This document shows positions 24,875 through 38,261 of a stretch of DNA of 64,000 nucleotides, piece after piece. Every line of letters begins with the position of its first letter. Within the stretch, counting starts at the first letter, position 1. The notes beneath the pieces were generated by a model. It was given only the letters and a program-made list of their open reading frames with translations, was not told the origin of the DNA and made no database searches. Both the position numbers and the translations under genes were made by a program. The stretch is from the NCBI GenBank assembly GCA_965287045.1, contig OZ336880.1, positions 50,530,001 through 50,594,000 of the forward strand, in the 5' to 3' direction. The DNA is from Carcharhinus amblyrhynchos (Eukaryota).

Positions 24875-27659
24875 TCATTTAACAACCCAGTGCATACAGA
24901 AATTTCTCCTCAGCTCTACACTCAGTTAGTGACAATTTTACATTTGCAATGATTGGCACAGATTGCCAAACAGGAAATAGTTGTCTGACTCGTGCTGATT
25001 AAAGTATTTGTAATTTTAAATATTTCTATTAAATCTTTTCTTTACCACTGCTTGAGTGAAAATGTTTCCAGCGTTTCAGATTTGACCTTGGGACTATAGA
25101 TGTCCATCCCTAGCATTGTCCTGCTAAATAGTACACCATTCCTTCATTCTGAGTAATGTTCTTTTGCCCTCTTTGTTTCCTCTCCATCTATGCTGCTAGA
25201 TTTCTTCTTTCGTTTTATGCTTAATTTTTCGAAGAGATCTCTTGCAGAACCATTTGTGAAAATTCGTGTACTTTACGTTTTGTGCATTAGCTTTAAATTT
25301 GTCAATTCAATTAAATTACGGGTGGAGTCTTCCCGACCCACTCGTGGCAGGTTTGTTGGTGGCCGGACAGGCACAGAGAATCTGGCAAGAGGCAAAAAAA
25401 ATCAGAAACTTGCCGGTGTAAAATCACGTTGCAATTCTTCCAATTGCGGGTCGTTCTTTTCGGGCAGGTTTTAATGCGCATTCACAGGATGCAAACTAAT
25501 TCCATTTGCATAATTTGCATCCTGTGCATTCTCATTAAAACATTTAAGGACCAGCATCCTGTTAGACCTTTCAATCTTACGTCTCCTCCGCGGGAAATTA
25601 TGTTGTTGTCAAACCCACTTGCTAAAGAGGGTCATGCACAAGACGGTCCTCTGTTTGCCAGAGACTTCAGGATGAGTGCAACAACTCTCTGCCATAGTGC
25701 TGCACTGCTCCTGATGCAGTCTTCACCACTATGTCAGGCAGACATGTTCCGGCCAACACCTTCATGCTGAGCTGATCTGTGCTACTGGACCCATGGACCT
25801 CCTGTGTGACTGAGTCAGATTAGTACTGCGCTTGAAGCTGGGAAGTACAGGGGTCTCCTTCCCCTTAGTGACACACACTGGTATCTTTCTGGACAACACT
25901 GCGGGGCTCCTGCAGCCACCGCAACAAAGGTCTGAGGTTCGACTGAGAGTGGAGTGCAAGGTGAGCGCAGAGGAGCATCACCGAACAAAGACAAGGAGGA
26001 TAATGCAGAGGGAGGGCTGTGTAAGGTGGGGGTGAGGATGAAGGTTCACAATGGCAGGGAGAGGGACAAGAGATGGATGAAGAAGATGAACAATGGAAGG
26101 CAGAGGGAAGACCGAGGGGAAGGAAGCTCGACCCTGACATGGGCATATAAAAGCTCACAAACCAGGGGCTCAATGGGATACCATGTTGCTTACTTGAAAG
26201 GGATGCATAAAGATGCCAGATATGGTGGGTAAAGATCCAAAGGAAGCACTGGGGACCTCACAGGCGATGGGCTTGGGGAGAGGATGGTTGAATTGGAGAT
26301 CAGATTTCTTCTTGAGGCTGCTGTCTTTTCCTTCTGGGTTGCTGACATCTTGCACATCCAGGTTATGACAGGTGGGCTGGAAATAGTAATGTGTGTGTGC
26401 TGGATTAATATTTAAATATGGCACTGAGACCTTTGAACTTATCAGCTGAGAGGGAGTGGATAAATCAGCTGTTGTCCCACCAGGTGACTCAGAGGGGAAC
26501 TCGACTGCATAATTAATCAGGTTGCAAGTACAAAATCTCTTGCGAATGGGTCGCCTTCTTCCACTTTTTAAATAAACTCCTCTGATACATCCTCTCTTCT
26601 GTCATCTCAGCAATGGCAGCTGTGCCTTCAGCCATCTATGTCCTAAGGCCCTATTTTACCATTTAGATTCTAATTGCTGGGCCGATTGAAACTGGGATAC
26701 GTTTGAGATCTGACCTTTAGACCTCAGACATCCCCGTAGGCACTCTGCCTGAAAAAATATCAGTGATTTCAAATCCAACTGCGCATGCACAGAAAAATAA
26801 TGATAGAATGCAGATCCCCTGCCACATCGCTTCCAGGCTGGATAATGCCTCCTCCTGACCCCCTTAGACATTGCCCCACCCCCACAGCATTACTGACCCC
26901 TTTATGTCCTCACCCCCTCCGCCATCCAGGCCAAATGTGGCCCCTCCCTCCCCCTTGCCCCCAACTGATCTCAGGCAGAGTGGCAGCGGACCCCCCCTCA
27001 GGAAGAAGATGAACAATGGAAGGCAGAGGGAAGGCCGAGGGGAAGAAAGCTCAACCGTGACATTGGCCATATAAAAGCTCACAAATCAGGGGCTAAATGG
27101 GATATCACATTGCTTACACGAAAGAAATGCATAAAGAAGCCAGATGCAGTGGGTAAATCTCAGGCAGAGTGATAGCGGACCCCCCCTTCCCGCCCACTGA
27201 TCTCAAGCAAGGAGCTGTCGGACGCTCAGTACCTATCTCCCACCAACTGGAGCACCTGAATCAGATTTTTGTGGAGCATGTCTGTTTTGCACTGATTCTG
27301 GATGGGCGAACACAGTGGTAAAGGGGGAAGTGCTGGTAAGGTTGGGCATGCAGCTCATTAAGTCTATTTAAATACACGCAAGTACATTTAAATGGCCGGC
27401 ACACCCATTTCAGACACAATCTCAATTGCGGCAATTTTTGAGCCTTGGTAAAGGGGGAACTGGCATGGAAGCAGGCGTGGATCACGCTACTCGCCTCACA
27501 CCCAACTTTACCAAGTTTTTGTGCCCGGAAACAGGTGCAACGCGGTGGTAAAATTGGACCCCGAATGTCCCTTCTGTTCCAAAATAGCTACATCTCGCCA
27601 TTCCCTCTCTCCCTTTGAGATGTTGCTGAAAGCATACCTCTTTGATCATATGTTTTGAT

Positions 27660-28570
27660 TAAGTTGTTCCAGTACAGCTACAACAATGGCATCTACCCAA
27701 CAATGTGGAAAATTGCCCAGAAGTGTCCTGTTTACAAAAAGCAGTGCGAATCCAAACTTCTTGATCATCAACAAAGGCAAGGCAGGTACCAGCAGCAGTG
27801 CTATCAAGTGACACTCACACAGCAATAAACCACTCAACAGTAGGCTCTAGCAGAGAAACTCGATACCTGACCTCATTAAAATCTTTATCTGAGCATGGAC
27901 AAGAAGAGTTCTATTCAAAAGATGAGGTAAGAGTGACTGCTCTTGAAGTTTTTGTTGGAGGCCAATCATCCCAGCCCCAAGATATCACTGCAGGAGTTCC
28001 TCAGGCTGGTATTCAAAGGCCCAACCATTTTATTAAGCGACCTACCTGCCATCATAAAGCCAAAAGTGGAATGTTCATTGATGAGCACAGAGTTTTCAGT
28101 AGCATTCACGACACCTCAGATTCCAAAGCAGCCTGTGCCCATATGCAGCAAGACCTGGACAACATTCAGGTTTGGGCTGATAAGTAGCAAAGAACATTTG
28201 CACTATACAAATGCCAGTAATGACCATCTCCAAAAAGAGAAAATCTAACTATCTCTCCTTGACATTTAATGGCATTATCATCGCTGAATCCTCCCATCAA
28301 CACCTAAGGGTTACCACTGATAAGAAACTGAACTGGACTGGCCATATAAGTACTGTGGCTCCAAGGGGTCAGATGTTGGGAATTCTGTGACAAGTAACTC
28401 ACCTCCTTACAGCCCAAAGCCACCATCTACAAGGCACATGGCACAGGAGTGTGATGGAATAATCCTAACTTGCCTGGATGAGTGCAGTTCCCATGATATT
28501 AAAGAATCTCAACACCATCCTAAACAAAGCAATCACCTTGAGGAGCATCCCATGCACCACCTTAAATGCT
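27660..28570 (+). mobile_element. RT fragment of the tRNA-headed LINE family (with deletions)
   Basis: EVRVTAL...GGQSSQPQDITAGVPQ...MQQDLDNIQVWADK; colinear with 46560-47560. Confidence 0.8.
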
Positions 28571-30451
28571 GAGCTAGGAACTGATCTAATGGGATATTGC
28601 ATCAACTGCAATTTGATATAAGATGGGCTAAATGCCCTGCTTACCTTTCTGCTTTGTGAACTTGGTCAAATTTAGAAGCTCCTCCTTGGCAACTGCATCA
28701 TCCAAATTGTCTGCAGTTTGGATCTAATTTGCTATTTATTTCAATGTTGATATATCACTTAGTTGTCTTAATTTCCTATATTTCTTAACATTCCAATGTA
28801 TTCTTACAAATGTTAATTTCTTTTAAAAGATGCAATTCCTATTTCGATGTGGTTGGCTCTTAAATGCTCCCTGAAGGTCAATTAGAAATGGGCAATAAAT
28901 GCTGGCCCAGCCAGTGATGCCCACATCCCATGAAAGAATTATTAAAAATCATAAATAGCAACCAACAAGTAGGAAATGTGAGCACAAATGAATACATCCT
29001 TAATGCTTAATCTTTCTGTTCATATCTGAAAGGTTTGATACTGTATATAAAATCATCCAAGGTAATTTCACACGTGGGAACATGGAAAAACAGTATAGCA
29101 ATTCATTTTACAGAGACAGCAAACATAGGGGCAGTTCTTCCATCCTGCTGTGTGCAGCGAACCGGGAGACTCAAACACTAGCTGATTTGCTCAATTTGCG
29201 CTGGGCGACCAGCCCTGAGTGAGTCTCCCAGCATCAGATTTCCAACGCCATCAGCTCTGCACCAGAAATCGGCATGGAGCTGCATTATATATACAGACAC
29301 TGATATTAATATAATATAAACATAATTAACCGCCCGGGACTGAAGTCTTGGGGCTCGCTAACTTATTCCCCCCCCGTCCCCTTCCGCCAGGCATATTTCA
29401 CTCCGGTGGGGTTCATTATAGCGAAAAGGGAGCTGACAGCCCAATCCCTTTGGAGTGAAGGGGTGGGGGGGGGGGGGGGGGCAATCAAAGCCCAGCAATG
29501 CCTAAGGGCAAGATGTCAATGCCCAGGGAGCACCTTGGCACAGTCCACTGGGCATCAGGCAGTGTCAGGTGTTGGGGGGAAGGGGGAAACTCAGGGGGAA
29601 TCTGTGGAGGGTCCTGCTGCCACTCTGCATTCAGGATTGATGGGAGAGGGAGGGAGCCTAGCGACTGGGGCTGGCCACCTGGTGGGGGATGGCAGCCCGT
29701 TGGGGGGTGTTGGGGCTGCAGGGGGGTGGTTTGGCACTGAGGGGGTTTGCAGGAGATTGAGGCAGGTTGAGAGTGGGGGAGGGGGTTTGGGTTGTTGAGG
29801 CTGGCTGAGACATGTCTGGGAGACAAGGGATTGGGCTGTGGGGTAGAATCAGAGGGCCAGCGATGTGGGGTCACAGGTCTTGCCAGGGATGTGACTGGCC
29901 AGTGATTGGGAGGCTGGCAGACAGGGGCCACTGCACATGCACTGATCTCGGCACTGAAAGATCAGCACATGAGCAGTGGCCCACTCAGTGCTATGCTACT
30001 GACCTCTCCAGCGGGAATAGGCCTCGCCCACTGCTTGTTAAAGTGATTCATGCCAGTGCATTCTGCAGTGCTCAGAGTGTGGGAGATTCATTTTTTAACT
30101 CCCACTGAAAAAAACTAGCGTGATTTACTCCAGTTTTCACATTTCAAATTTGACACTTAGACTATTTCTGGGAGCATCATCCCCTTGATTTTCCAACCAT
30201 TAAAGTTATTGCTCAGAACCTCAAAAGTGAGTGTGGAGAATTTTGAAATATGCACTCTACGCATAGCAAATACATTATAACGGAGCATCCCAGCCAAAAA
30301 TTCAATCATTTTCAGATAAGAATTACAGTAAGTTACAAACTGCATTGAAGAGTTAATCCATCGGTAACAACTGGTGTTTATTTACTGAAAAATAACTGCA
30401 AAATCTGTGTGTATGAGTATTTCTAACAGAGTCATTTCATATTACTCATAG

Positions 30452-30693
30452 GCTACCCTGATCCTGAAGTTATCTGGTTCAAGGGTGAACAGCCTATCAA
30501 GGAGTCTCGTCACTACCAAATTGAATATGATGAAGATGGAAACTGCTGTTTGATTATTTCTGAGGTATCTGCAGATGATGATGGCAAATATACTTGCAAA
30601 GCCATCAATAGCCTAGGAGAAGAAACCTGGACATCTGAGCTCATTGTGGAAACGATGGAAGAAGGCAAGATGAGTAACACTGAATCAAATTAA
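30452..30693 (+). CDS. MYLK: MYLK probable terminal coding exon (GYPDPEVIWFKGEQPIKESRHYQIEYDEDGNCCLIISEVSADDDGKYTCKAINSLGEETWTSELIVETMEEGKMSNTESN*)
   Basis: Translated by hand; I-set Ig motifs (P.P.V.W, D.GKYTC.A.N..G). Acceptor is actcatAG|30452 and TAA is at 30691-30693. The exact 3' end is less certain because of a possible GC donor after 30664. Confidence 0.9.
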
Positions 30694-31450
30694 AAGTGTT
30701 GCTTGTTTGAATGTGCCTTTTCTTTGATGTTAGATTCTATACTACTAAAGCCCGTGTAAAAAAAAGGTTTGACTATGCAACATTCTTTGTATATTTCCAG
30801 GGGATGGAAGATGTTTATGAATATATGCATTCTATGCCTATGAAATCACTACAGAATACTGCAGTCATGCCCAGAAACTTAAGATTAGAACCCACCCACT
30901 TACCTAATGATGGATATATCACCATGTGAACACCACAGCATATGTACTATATATTCAACATTCAGTTTCACCCACATTTACCAACTTACAGCAATAATCA
31001 CTTTCTTTCTCAGAGGGATTTATGAATTCTTTGGACCTAATGTTTCTAAACCAGTTATTTTGAAACCTGCCAATTTAATCATTTGGTTCATTGATCCAGT
31101 TCTTTGTACATCCCAATTTGCATGTACAGATGTATGAGAGGCTGATAAATTCTTGTTTATGGATCTCATCCACCTTCTTCACTTGCAGATGTATGGAACT
31201 TTCTGTGATCCAAAAGATATTTTAAACACATATTTGTTTACATTACACTGCACCTTTTACATTTTTTAATGTTTTCACATTGCTTTTTATGTGTCACATA
31301 TGATTTTTTTGACAATAACCCAGTTGATGCTTTTACTGGTTTTGAACACAGATCTCAAACAGGAGTTCAACACCCTCATCTTCCTTTCACCAAGCAGCTA
31401 TTCATTTTTATTATTACACACAACAACATACAGCTTGGTTTATGATTTAT

Positions 31451-31456
31451 AATAAA
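31451..31456 (+). promoter_or_regulatory. Candidate MYLK polyadenylation signal (AATAAA); an alternative lies at 33561-33566
   Basis: First AATAAA I noticed downstream of the stop codon. The context is AT-rich, so it could be a chance match. Confidence 0.3.
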
Positions 31457-32099
31457 ACCCTATGAATGTAAACATCACAGAAATGTAACATCGGTTACCA
31501 AATCCTGCTGTTTGAAAATTAAACAGGAAATTATTTTTAATATTGCTGTATCACTTTACCATGTGCACTTTGAATCTAAAACCAACATTGAGAATGAAAC
31601 TCACAAACATATACAACTTTATGTAAGGATAATGCCATAAGACATTGCGAAGTATGTTGTTAGATAATACTGAACTAAAATTCAAGTTAAGTATTTAGCA
31701 TTGTCTAACCCTGTTGCTTATTGTTGAGCTAGAGAATCCCTGCACTTAAACTCAGAAGTCCTAAATCTCTGAGGTTTCATTGACAGTATGAAGCTTGCCT
31801 GGCAAAGAACACACTGGAAAATCCAGCTTTCACTTTATGTCTCAATTCCCATTGCTCTGAACATTTTGGGTCCCATTTCAATTTTTCTTTGCATTTTAAT
31901 TACATTTCCTATTAATTACTCTTGCAGATTTTCTTATTTTGCTCTTTTTATCTTGCCAATATTTTCCTTTATTACTCTTGGTTTCTCTTCTGACTTTTAA
32001 ACTGTTCCTTGCTAATTGGCACAGTATTCCTTCAGGCGCTCCAAAAACAGTTCAACAATTGAAGATGCAAATATAGCAGAGCTATTTTACCCTGCATTC

Positions 32100-32800
32100 G
32101 GCAATGCCTCCAGAGCCAATGTTTTCCATGCTTACTTGTTTCAGAGAGAGAAATCTCTTTGTTCACAAGAGTAACCAACACAGAAATGTGTAGGCAATAT
32201 TTGGGAGAGAAACAGGTATTTCAACAAAGGCAAAATGACCACAGCATGAGGTTTCCATTCCTCATACTTCCAATATATCACAATGGACATCTGCTGTTTC
32301 AGGAATAGGCAAAGCATCAGTTTTCCTGTGTTGAGGAGACAACAAATGTACAGGTCTCCTAGCTTTCACTGGATGACAAATTTTCCTTGAGTGAAATATG
32401 TTTTGATGGCACTTGTGCAAGCATCATGACACCTCATAGCTAAGCTTTGGCCTACATGTACAGAGACAGTTTTATTCAATGACTGTTCAAATGATAATTC
32501 ACTACTGGAATATCACCACATATATCTGTGGCCAGTATCTAAGAAGGAAACATGATGCCTTCATTACTTGGCAGCCTGCAGTGCCCACATTTTGTTTGAT
32601 GTTGAGAAAACATTGGATTGCTGGCTATCTCCTGCATCCCCACTGCTGACCCTACAGAAGTATGTCAATTATATGTTTGCTATTGATTATACTATTTTCA
32701 AGGAAAATGCAATGTTTCAAATGGAACCATCCAGACAGTGTAGCAAATCCCAATTTAAGTTTGTACATGTGGTCCCCACAAGAATTAAGAGCAAAACTGA
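32100..32800 (+). pseudogene. Putative KDZ (Kyakuja-Dileera-Zisupton)/HMGXB3-like transposase fossil
   Basis: Frameshifted pieces in the expected order: SWIM-like FH.tCFRERNLFVHKS (~32125-32175), CxC-like LSLDDKFSLSEICFDGTCASI (~32363-32425), FTTGISPHISVASI, then QKYVNYMFAIDY / MQCFKWNHP (~32650-32735). Recognised from memory only. Confidence 0.4.
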
Positions 32801-34659
32801 GAGTAGTTACTGTCACCTTCCTCCTGACATAGAAGGGGTATTCCTCACTTGGAACCAGTTATAAGGGAACTGGTTGGCTGTATTGCTTGAGTCACTGACA
32901 TCTCTCCATGCTAATTTCATCTGAAACATTTGACTAGAAATTGGGCTGTAGCCACCAATAGGGAAACTTTCCTTGGATGGAGCTGCTGCTGTAAGACTTC
33001 TAAGCTTTCTGCACCAGAGGTAGCAATACAGCCCACATGTTCAGTTATGCCATTGTCAACAATGTTTCATTGTTTCTATCGATGCCATCAGTTTCCCTTT
33101 AATGAGAAGCTACAGTCTATGGTGAGGCTTACCATTCAATTCAAGTTAGGGGAGGTAGTCCTGTTGGAAAATTCAGCATCATCCGCTCTCTGTGCCAGTT
33201 CAGTCAAGTCTATATCACAGACCAACTCAACCACCTTTGCTGATCTGGACCAGCTTCCCACCTATAAATTTGAATTGATACTTTGCCAAAAAAGCCAAAA
33301 ATTGAAAATGGATTAGCTGCAAAGTGCATACATCATAATCACTGTTGTGTCAAATTTATATCTAAGCTCACACCATGTATAATATTGAATGTCATGCAAC
33401 CTGTGATTTGGAGAAGTTAAGCCAATTTTAGTCTGGATGATGAACAGCATGAATCCAAGTAAAGGGAGTTAGGGTTGAGCATTTTAAATTTTAAGTGAGT
33501 TGTTTTTGCCAACCAATTTTTTGGAAGTCATCCTAATGTCCAACCATTTATAGTGATATGAATAAACTGTTTCAGGTTGTAATATAAAGGTTTGTAAAGT
33601 TTAAAAGTAAACTTCACACACTACACACTTCAATATAATTATAAAACAAAAGCTCAGTTACATTTTTTATTGATGTATTGTACAGATAATTGTTACTATA
33701 TACCAAAGAATAACAATTTTTGAACAATTTCTATCACACAAATACATTTTGGATACCTGCTTTAGCTGCTTACGCTAATCTTAAAATTCTCTTCCATAGG
33801 AAATCCTAATTTCACATCATTTTTCAGCAAATCCCATAGTTACTATTCCTGTGACTTAAGCTGTCTTATACTTTTTTATTTGCTCAAATATCTTTAAACA
33901 TTCAATTTTTTAACGTTAGCATATATATAATTCCTAAAACTTCACAAACAGTCACTTAAAATTCCATTTTGAAAGTGGTATATTTGTATGCTTACAAATG
34001 AAGTATTTAATGGGATTCAAAATGACCATTTAAGAATCTACATTGGAAAGATTATAATGTACCATGGAATGTAAAACATGATGCTGACCCCTGTTAGCTG
34101 CTATGTAGAAAGGTGGCTGCCACAAAATTAATTAACTTTGCTCAAAGCTGATTTGTATTTCTATGAACCAACACGTAATGTTAATGCGACTGACTGCTTG
34201 CTATCCAAATTGCAAAGGGGGAGTGATAAGTGGGATCTCTTTGGGATTGAGATGGCTCCAAAATGTTAGACCCAGTGATAAAATCTTGTAACCAAGTCAA
34301 CCCAAAATAGGATACCTGAATCAGTCAGAGTACTTCTAAATGATTAGCCAACCAACCAAGCTCACTGATATACTCTAAAGGGGTGGATCTGTCATCAAGA
34401 TTGATGGCTGCAGAAAATGACATGTCCAATACCCTAACAGTACGGTGGTTCTAGTTCACTAAGCAGTGGGACTTTCACTAATGCTCTATATTCATGCACA
34501 ATGTAGTGTTAGTTGGCTAAACTTCAAGAGTGCCCCTTTATGCTTTTGGTTTCAAACTCTGCCAACTTGTCACTAAGCCCTGTACCTCTGAGTAAATGTA
34601 CTGGGTCTATGAAAACAGAGTGTACACTTTATATTGGGTAAACAGAAATCTGACATGCT

Positions 34660-35550
34660 CATTCCTGATGTCCCCAGCATCACACATCTTCAGCCAGTTT
34701 GATTCACACGCATAATATCCTTAAGTGCTAGATCCAGCAAAGGCTGTGGGTCTTGACAACGTTTCCCAACTCCTCAGATACTGGAGGAATTTGTATCCAA
34801 CATGCAAGCCTGGACAACACTCTGGCTTGGGCTGAGCAGCACGTGACACTTCTGCCACCTAAATATCAGGCAATGATCATCTTCAGCAAGGGAGAACTTA
34901 TCCATCTCCCCTTGATGCTCAGCAGCATTATCATCATTTGAATTCCCCATCATCAAGATCATGGGTTTACCATTGACCAGGAACTTACTGGACCAAACAT
35001 AAACAAAATCAGGTTAGAGGTTGGGAAATCTGTAGTACGTAATTCATCTTCTGTATACCTCCCCAAAACAGTCCACCATCTACAAGGCACAAGTCAAGAA
35101 TGTAATGGAATACTCTCCGCTTGCCTAGATGAGTGCAGCCCCAACAACACTCAAGAAACTTGACACCATCCAGGACAAAGTAGCCCCCTATCCATGACCT
35201 TAAACATTCACTCCCTTACCCAGCAGTGCAGAGTGGAAGTAGTCTGCACTATTTACAAGGTGCATTGCAGCAAGACATCAAGGTTCCTTTATTTCAAAGG
35301 AAACCTCATTCAAACCTCTGACTTCTACTTTGTAGAAGGACAAGGGGAGGAGATTAATGGGAACAACACCTGCAAGTTCCCCATCAAGTCACACACCATC
35401 CTGACTCGAAAATTTATCGCTGCTCCTTCATTGCAGCTGTGCAAACTTCCCTTTCTAACAGCACTGTGGGTGTATCTGCACTACATGGATGGTAGTGGTT
35501 CAAGAAGAACTGCTCGCCACCGTATTCTCAAGGGCAATTAACAATGGGCA
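34660..35550 (+). mobile_element. Fragment of the tRNA-headed LINE family
   Basis: Colinear with 46400-47790 (TCCACCATCTACAAGGCACAAGTCA...GATGAGTGCAGC). Confidence 0.75.
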
Positions 35551-35563
35551 ACGGATGACCATG

Positions 35564-35587
35564 GTGTGTGTGTGTGTGTGTGTGTGT
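35564..35587 (+). repeat. (GT)12 microsatellite
   Basis: Directly visible. Confidence 0.95.
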
Positions 35588-38261
35588 TTTGCATTTTGAT
35601 ACAAAACTACACAAATTGAAAACTTGAAAGCGGAATTTGCAGGTCTCCACATGAAGTCTGAATGGTTATAATTGGAGAGACAGAGGTGGCAACAGTAAAC
35701 ACCAGTGTTATACATACAATTATTTTATATGTCAATATCATCTCAACTATATTCAACAATACACCAATTCAAGGGCTATTTTTGTTTGTCTCTTTGAACT
35801 TCAGCCAGTCTTTGTAGTCCAACATTTTGTCTGATTAACAATTGGTCAGATTTGACCAGACCCAGTGTACTCTAACAGTACAGCACTGTAATATGGCATT
35901 ATCTTAAGTATTACACCTTAAAACTTAGGCATTTTGAAATGAGGTGAAAGGTCTTTATTTCAAATTTAACTCTAGTTTGCAGTGGTGTACGAGGTCAGAA
36001 CATTTCTTCAACCCTTCCTCTAGCATGTACCAGACTTTAGGTTTCAATAAATGACCAATAGAATAGTATATTTTCTTCCACTGCTGTCTTATTGCTTAAT
36101 GAATACAATTACAGGTTTAAAGCCATAGTTGATATTCTATCAACATGAATTTAATTCAGCTAAATGCAAAAAGATACTTCAACCATAATCTATAACTGAA
36201 CCTCATGTTAAATTTGGTAATACCTTTTCCATAATCATAGCTGATGAAATAGGTATTGACAATTTTATAACATTTATGATGCTAACAACTACCAAACATT
36301 TGTATTTTGGAAAGCGGTCATTAAAGAAATGGACAACACTTCAAATTTTTTCACCATTTTTTAATATTTTTTCTCTCCTTTCCTAAAGGTGTTGCTTCAA
36401 ACAGGGGCAATGCACAGCCCCTTGGTGCCTTGTTCAAATGACCTTGCTTCAGGTGCAAACTCAAACAGTGGCCATCAGTTGGTTAGTGTGAACTCAAAAG
36501 GTATCAGAGCAAACTCTGATCCAACTATTGTCTGATATGCGCATGCACACTTTCCATTGAGCTGCAACCACTGTATGGAGCTTGGCTATCTCTTCATGCC
36601 CTGTGAGTCCTAGGGACAACCATAAGTCAGTACCACTGCTCCATCTGAGATGAGCTAACTTAGTACAGGCCAGTGAACAATTCTGGGAGTGGCCTTTTCA
36701 GTATTGCACAGCATTACACAAGGAGGTGCATTGAATAACTGAGTTACTTGGACATTCAATTTTCATATTTTTTGATTTTCTTCCTAATGATTGCACCACA
36801 TTCTCTAATCTTAAAAAACAGAGATAAAAAGGCTCTAATTGCCATGAAAGGCACATCCAGTGGAAATGTAGGAGAACAACAACAAGCGTCTTTATTCTCC
36901 AGCTTTCTCTCCCCTGTCTGAAAAAAACACTTTGGTGAAATTTTCCCATCCCTCCAGTGTGGGTTTTATGTCAGATTGGATCAGGGAATGTAGAGGGAGC
37001 CAAAAGGATCAGAAATGCAGTGTCAAAGAAACAGTTCACAATTCTCCCAATGCAGGGGCCGGCGGGGGGGTGCGTGGTTAATGGCGGGTCAGTTATCCCA
37101 CCATCTAGAGACATGAACGCCGTTTGCATTCATTAACATCTCATGAACGCCCATTCAAACAGCCGCTCGTTAGGATCTCCTGATGACTTCTGATATTGCA
37201 TCACGCCAGTGAGAACTCACGTCAGCTCAAAACCCATTTGAAAATGTGTGGCATGCACAAGTCGGGTTTTACCTCCAGCTCAGCTCACGGACATCCAATG
37301 AGAGAAAGATGATGGAGGCTTAGAGCTACCAGAATCTGGGGGAACAAGCGCATCGTCTGCTGGGTGAACCCTCATCCAGAGCGCTCATCCAGGAAGCAGG
37401 TTTTTTAAAGTGGGAGGTCTCCATACGTCAGCTTCAACTTCGCTGAGGCTTCGGACTTCCAGGGACCTCGCTGAGGTTTTGAATCATCTTCCAGGGACTG
37501 GAGCTTTCTTCCAGGACTTTGGCATGGGGGATGGGAACCTCAAGCTTCCGGATAGAAGGCAGCAGGAGGTACTAATGGGCAGCAAACATTGGGAAGATTG
37601 TCTACGTCTGAATGGGGAAGGGAATTCCCAGCTGAATACGCTCACAGGGAGGAATCGGTGGAGTCAATTGCTGACTCCAAGTATGCAAACTCCGGGGTGG
37701 GCATGATAGGAGGGTATGGTTAAAATTACAGGGCGCAGAGGGAGCTGGGAGGGTGAGCATTGGTGGTGTCAGATGAAGGGGTGGCAACAGTTGTTAGTTG
37801 GGACACAGACATCGACACTGTGCATGGGTAGGAGGAGGTTGGGGAGGCCAACGCAAATGGATGTGGGATGCTTGGAGAGGGACCAAACATGTTCACCTGG
37901 ACATTCTGGAAGGAAAGAGGTTTGGGTTGGCAGATGACAGTGGGGAAGTTGAAGCTGATGCCAGGGAATCAATGGTGACGGGGGGGAAAGACATGGGTGT
38001 CTGGAGGGAGGAAATAATGGGGAAGTTCCTTAAAAAATGTTCACTACCATAGTTCCTCTCAAATCAAAAGTGAGAGGAACCTTGTGTTGGATGGGTTCAA
38101 GTGGCACGTGGGAGTTGGGTCAGTCTGTAGGTGAAGATACAGGTCAGCTCAACTGGACAATAGAAGGGGAAACAAAAAACAAGCAGTATTTAATATATTA
38201 GCGATCAGTGAGACAGATTTGGTGGGTGAAGGTTTAATGTGCGCGGGAGAGCTCTGCCGCA

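Noticed and set aside
29406-30108. Cluster of Gly/Pro-rich ORFs and a poly-G run
   Set aside because: GC-rich interior of a non-autonomous element; no recognisable domain or splice structure.
36370-36445. Strong-looking splice acceptor (tttctctcctttcctaaag|GT) as a candidate extra MYLK exon
   Set aside because: It would add a non-acidic peptide, and the sequence resembles the reverse-strand tail of an old repeat also seen near 18790.
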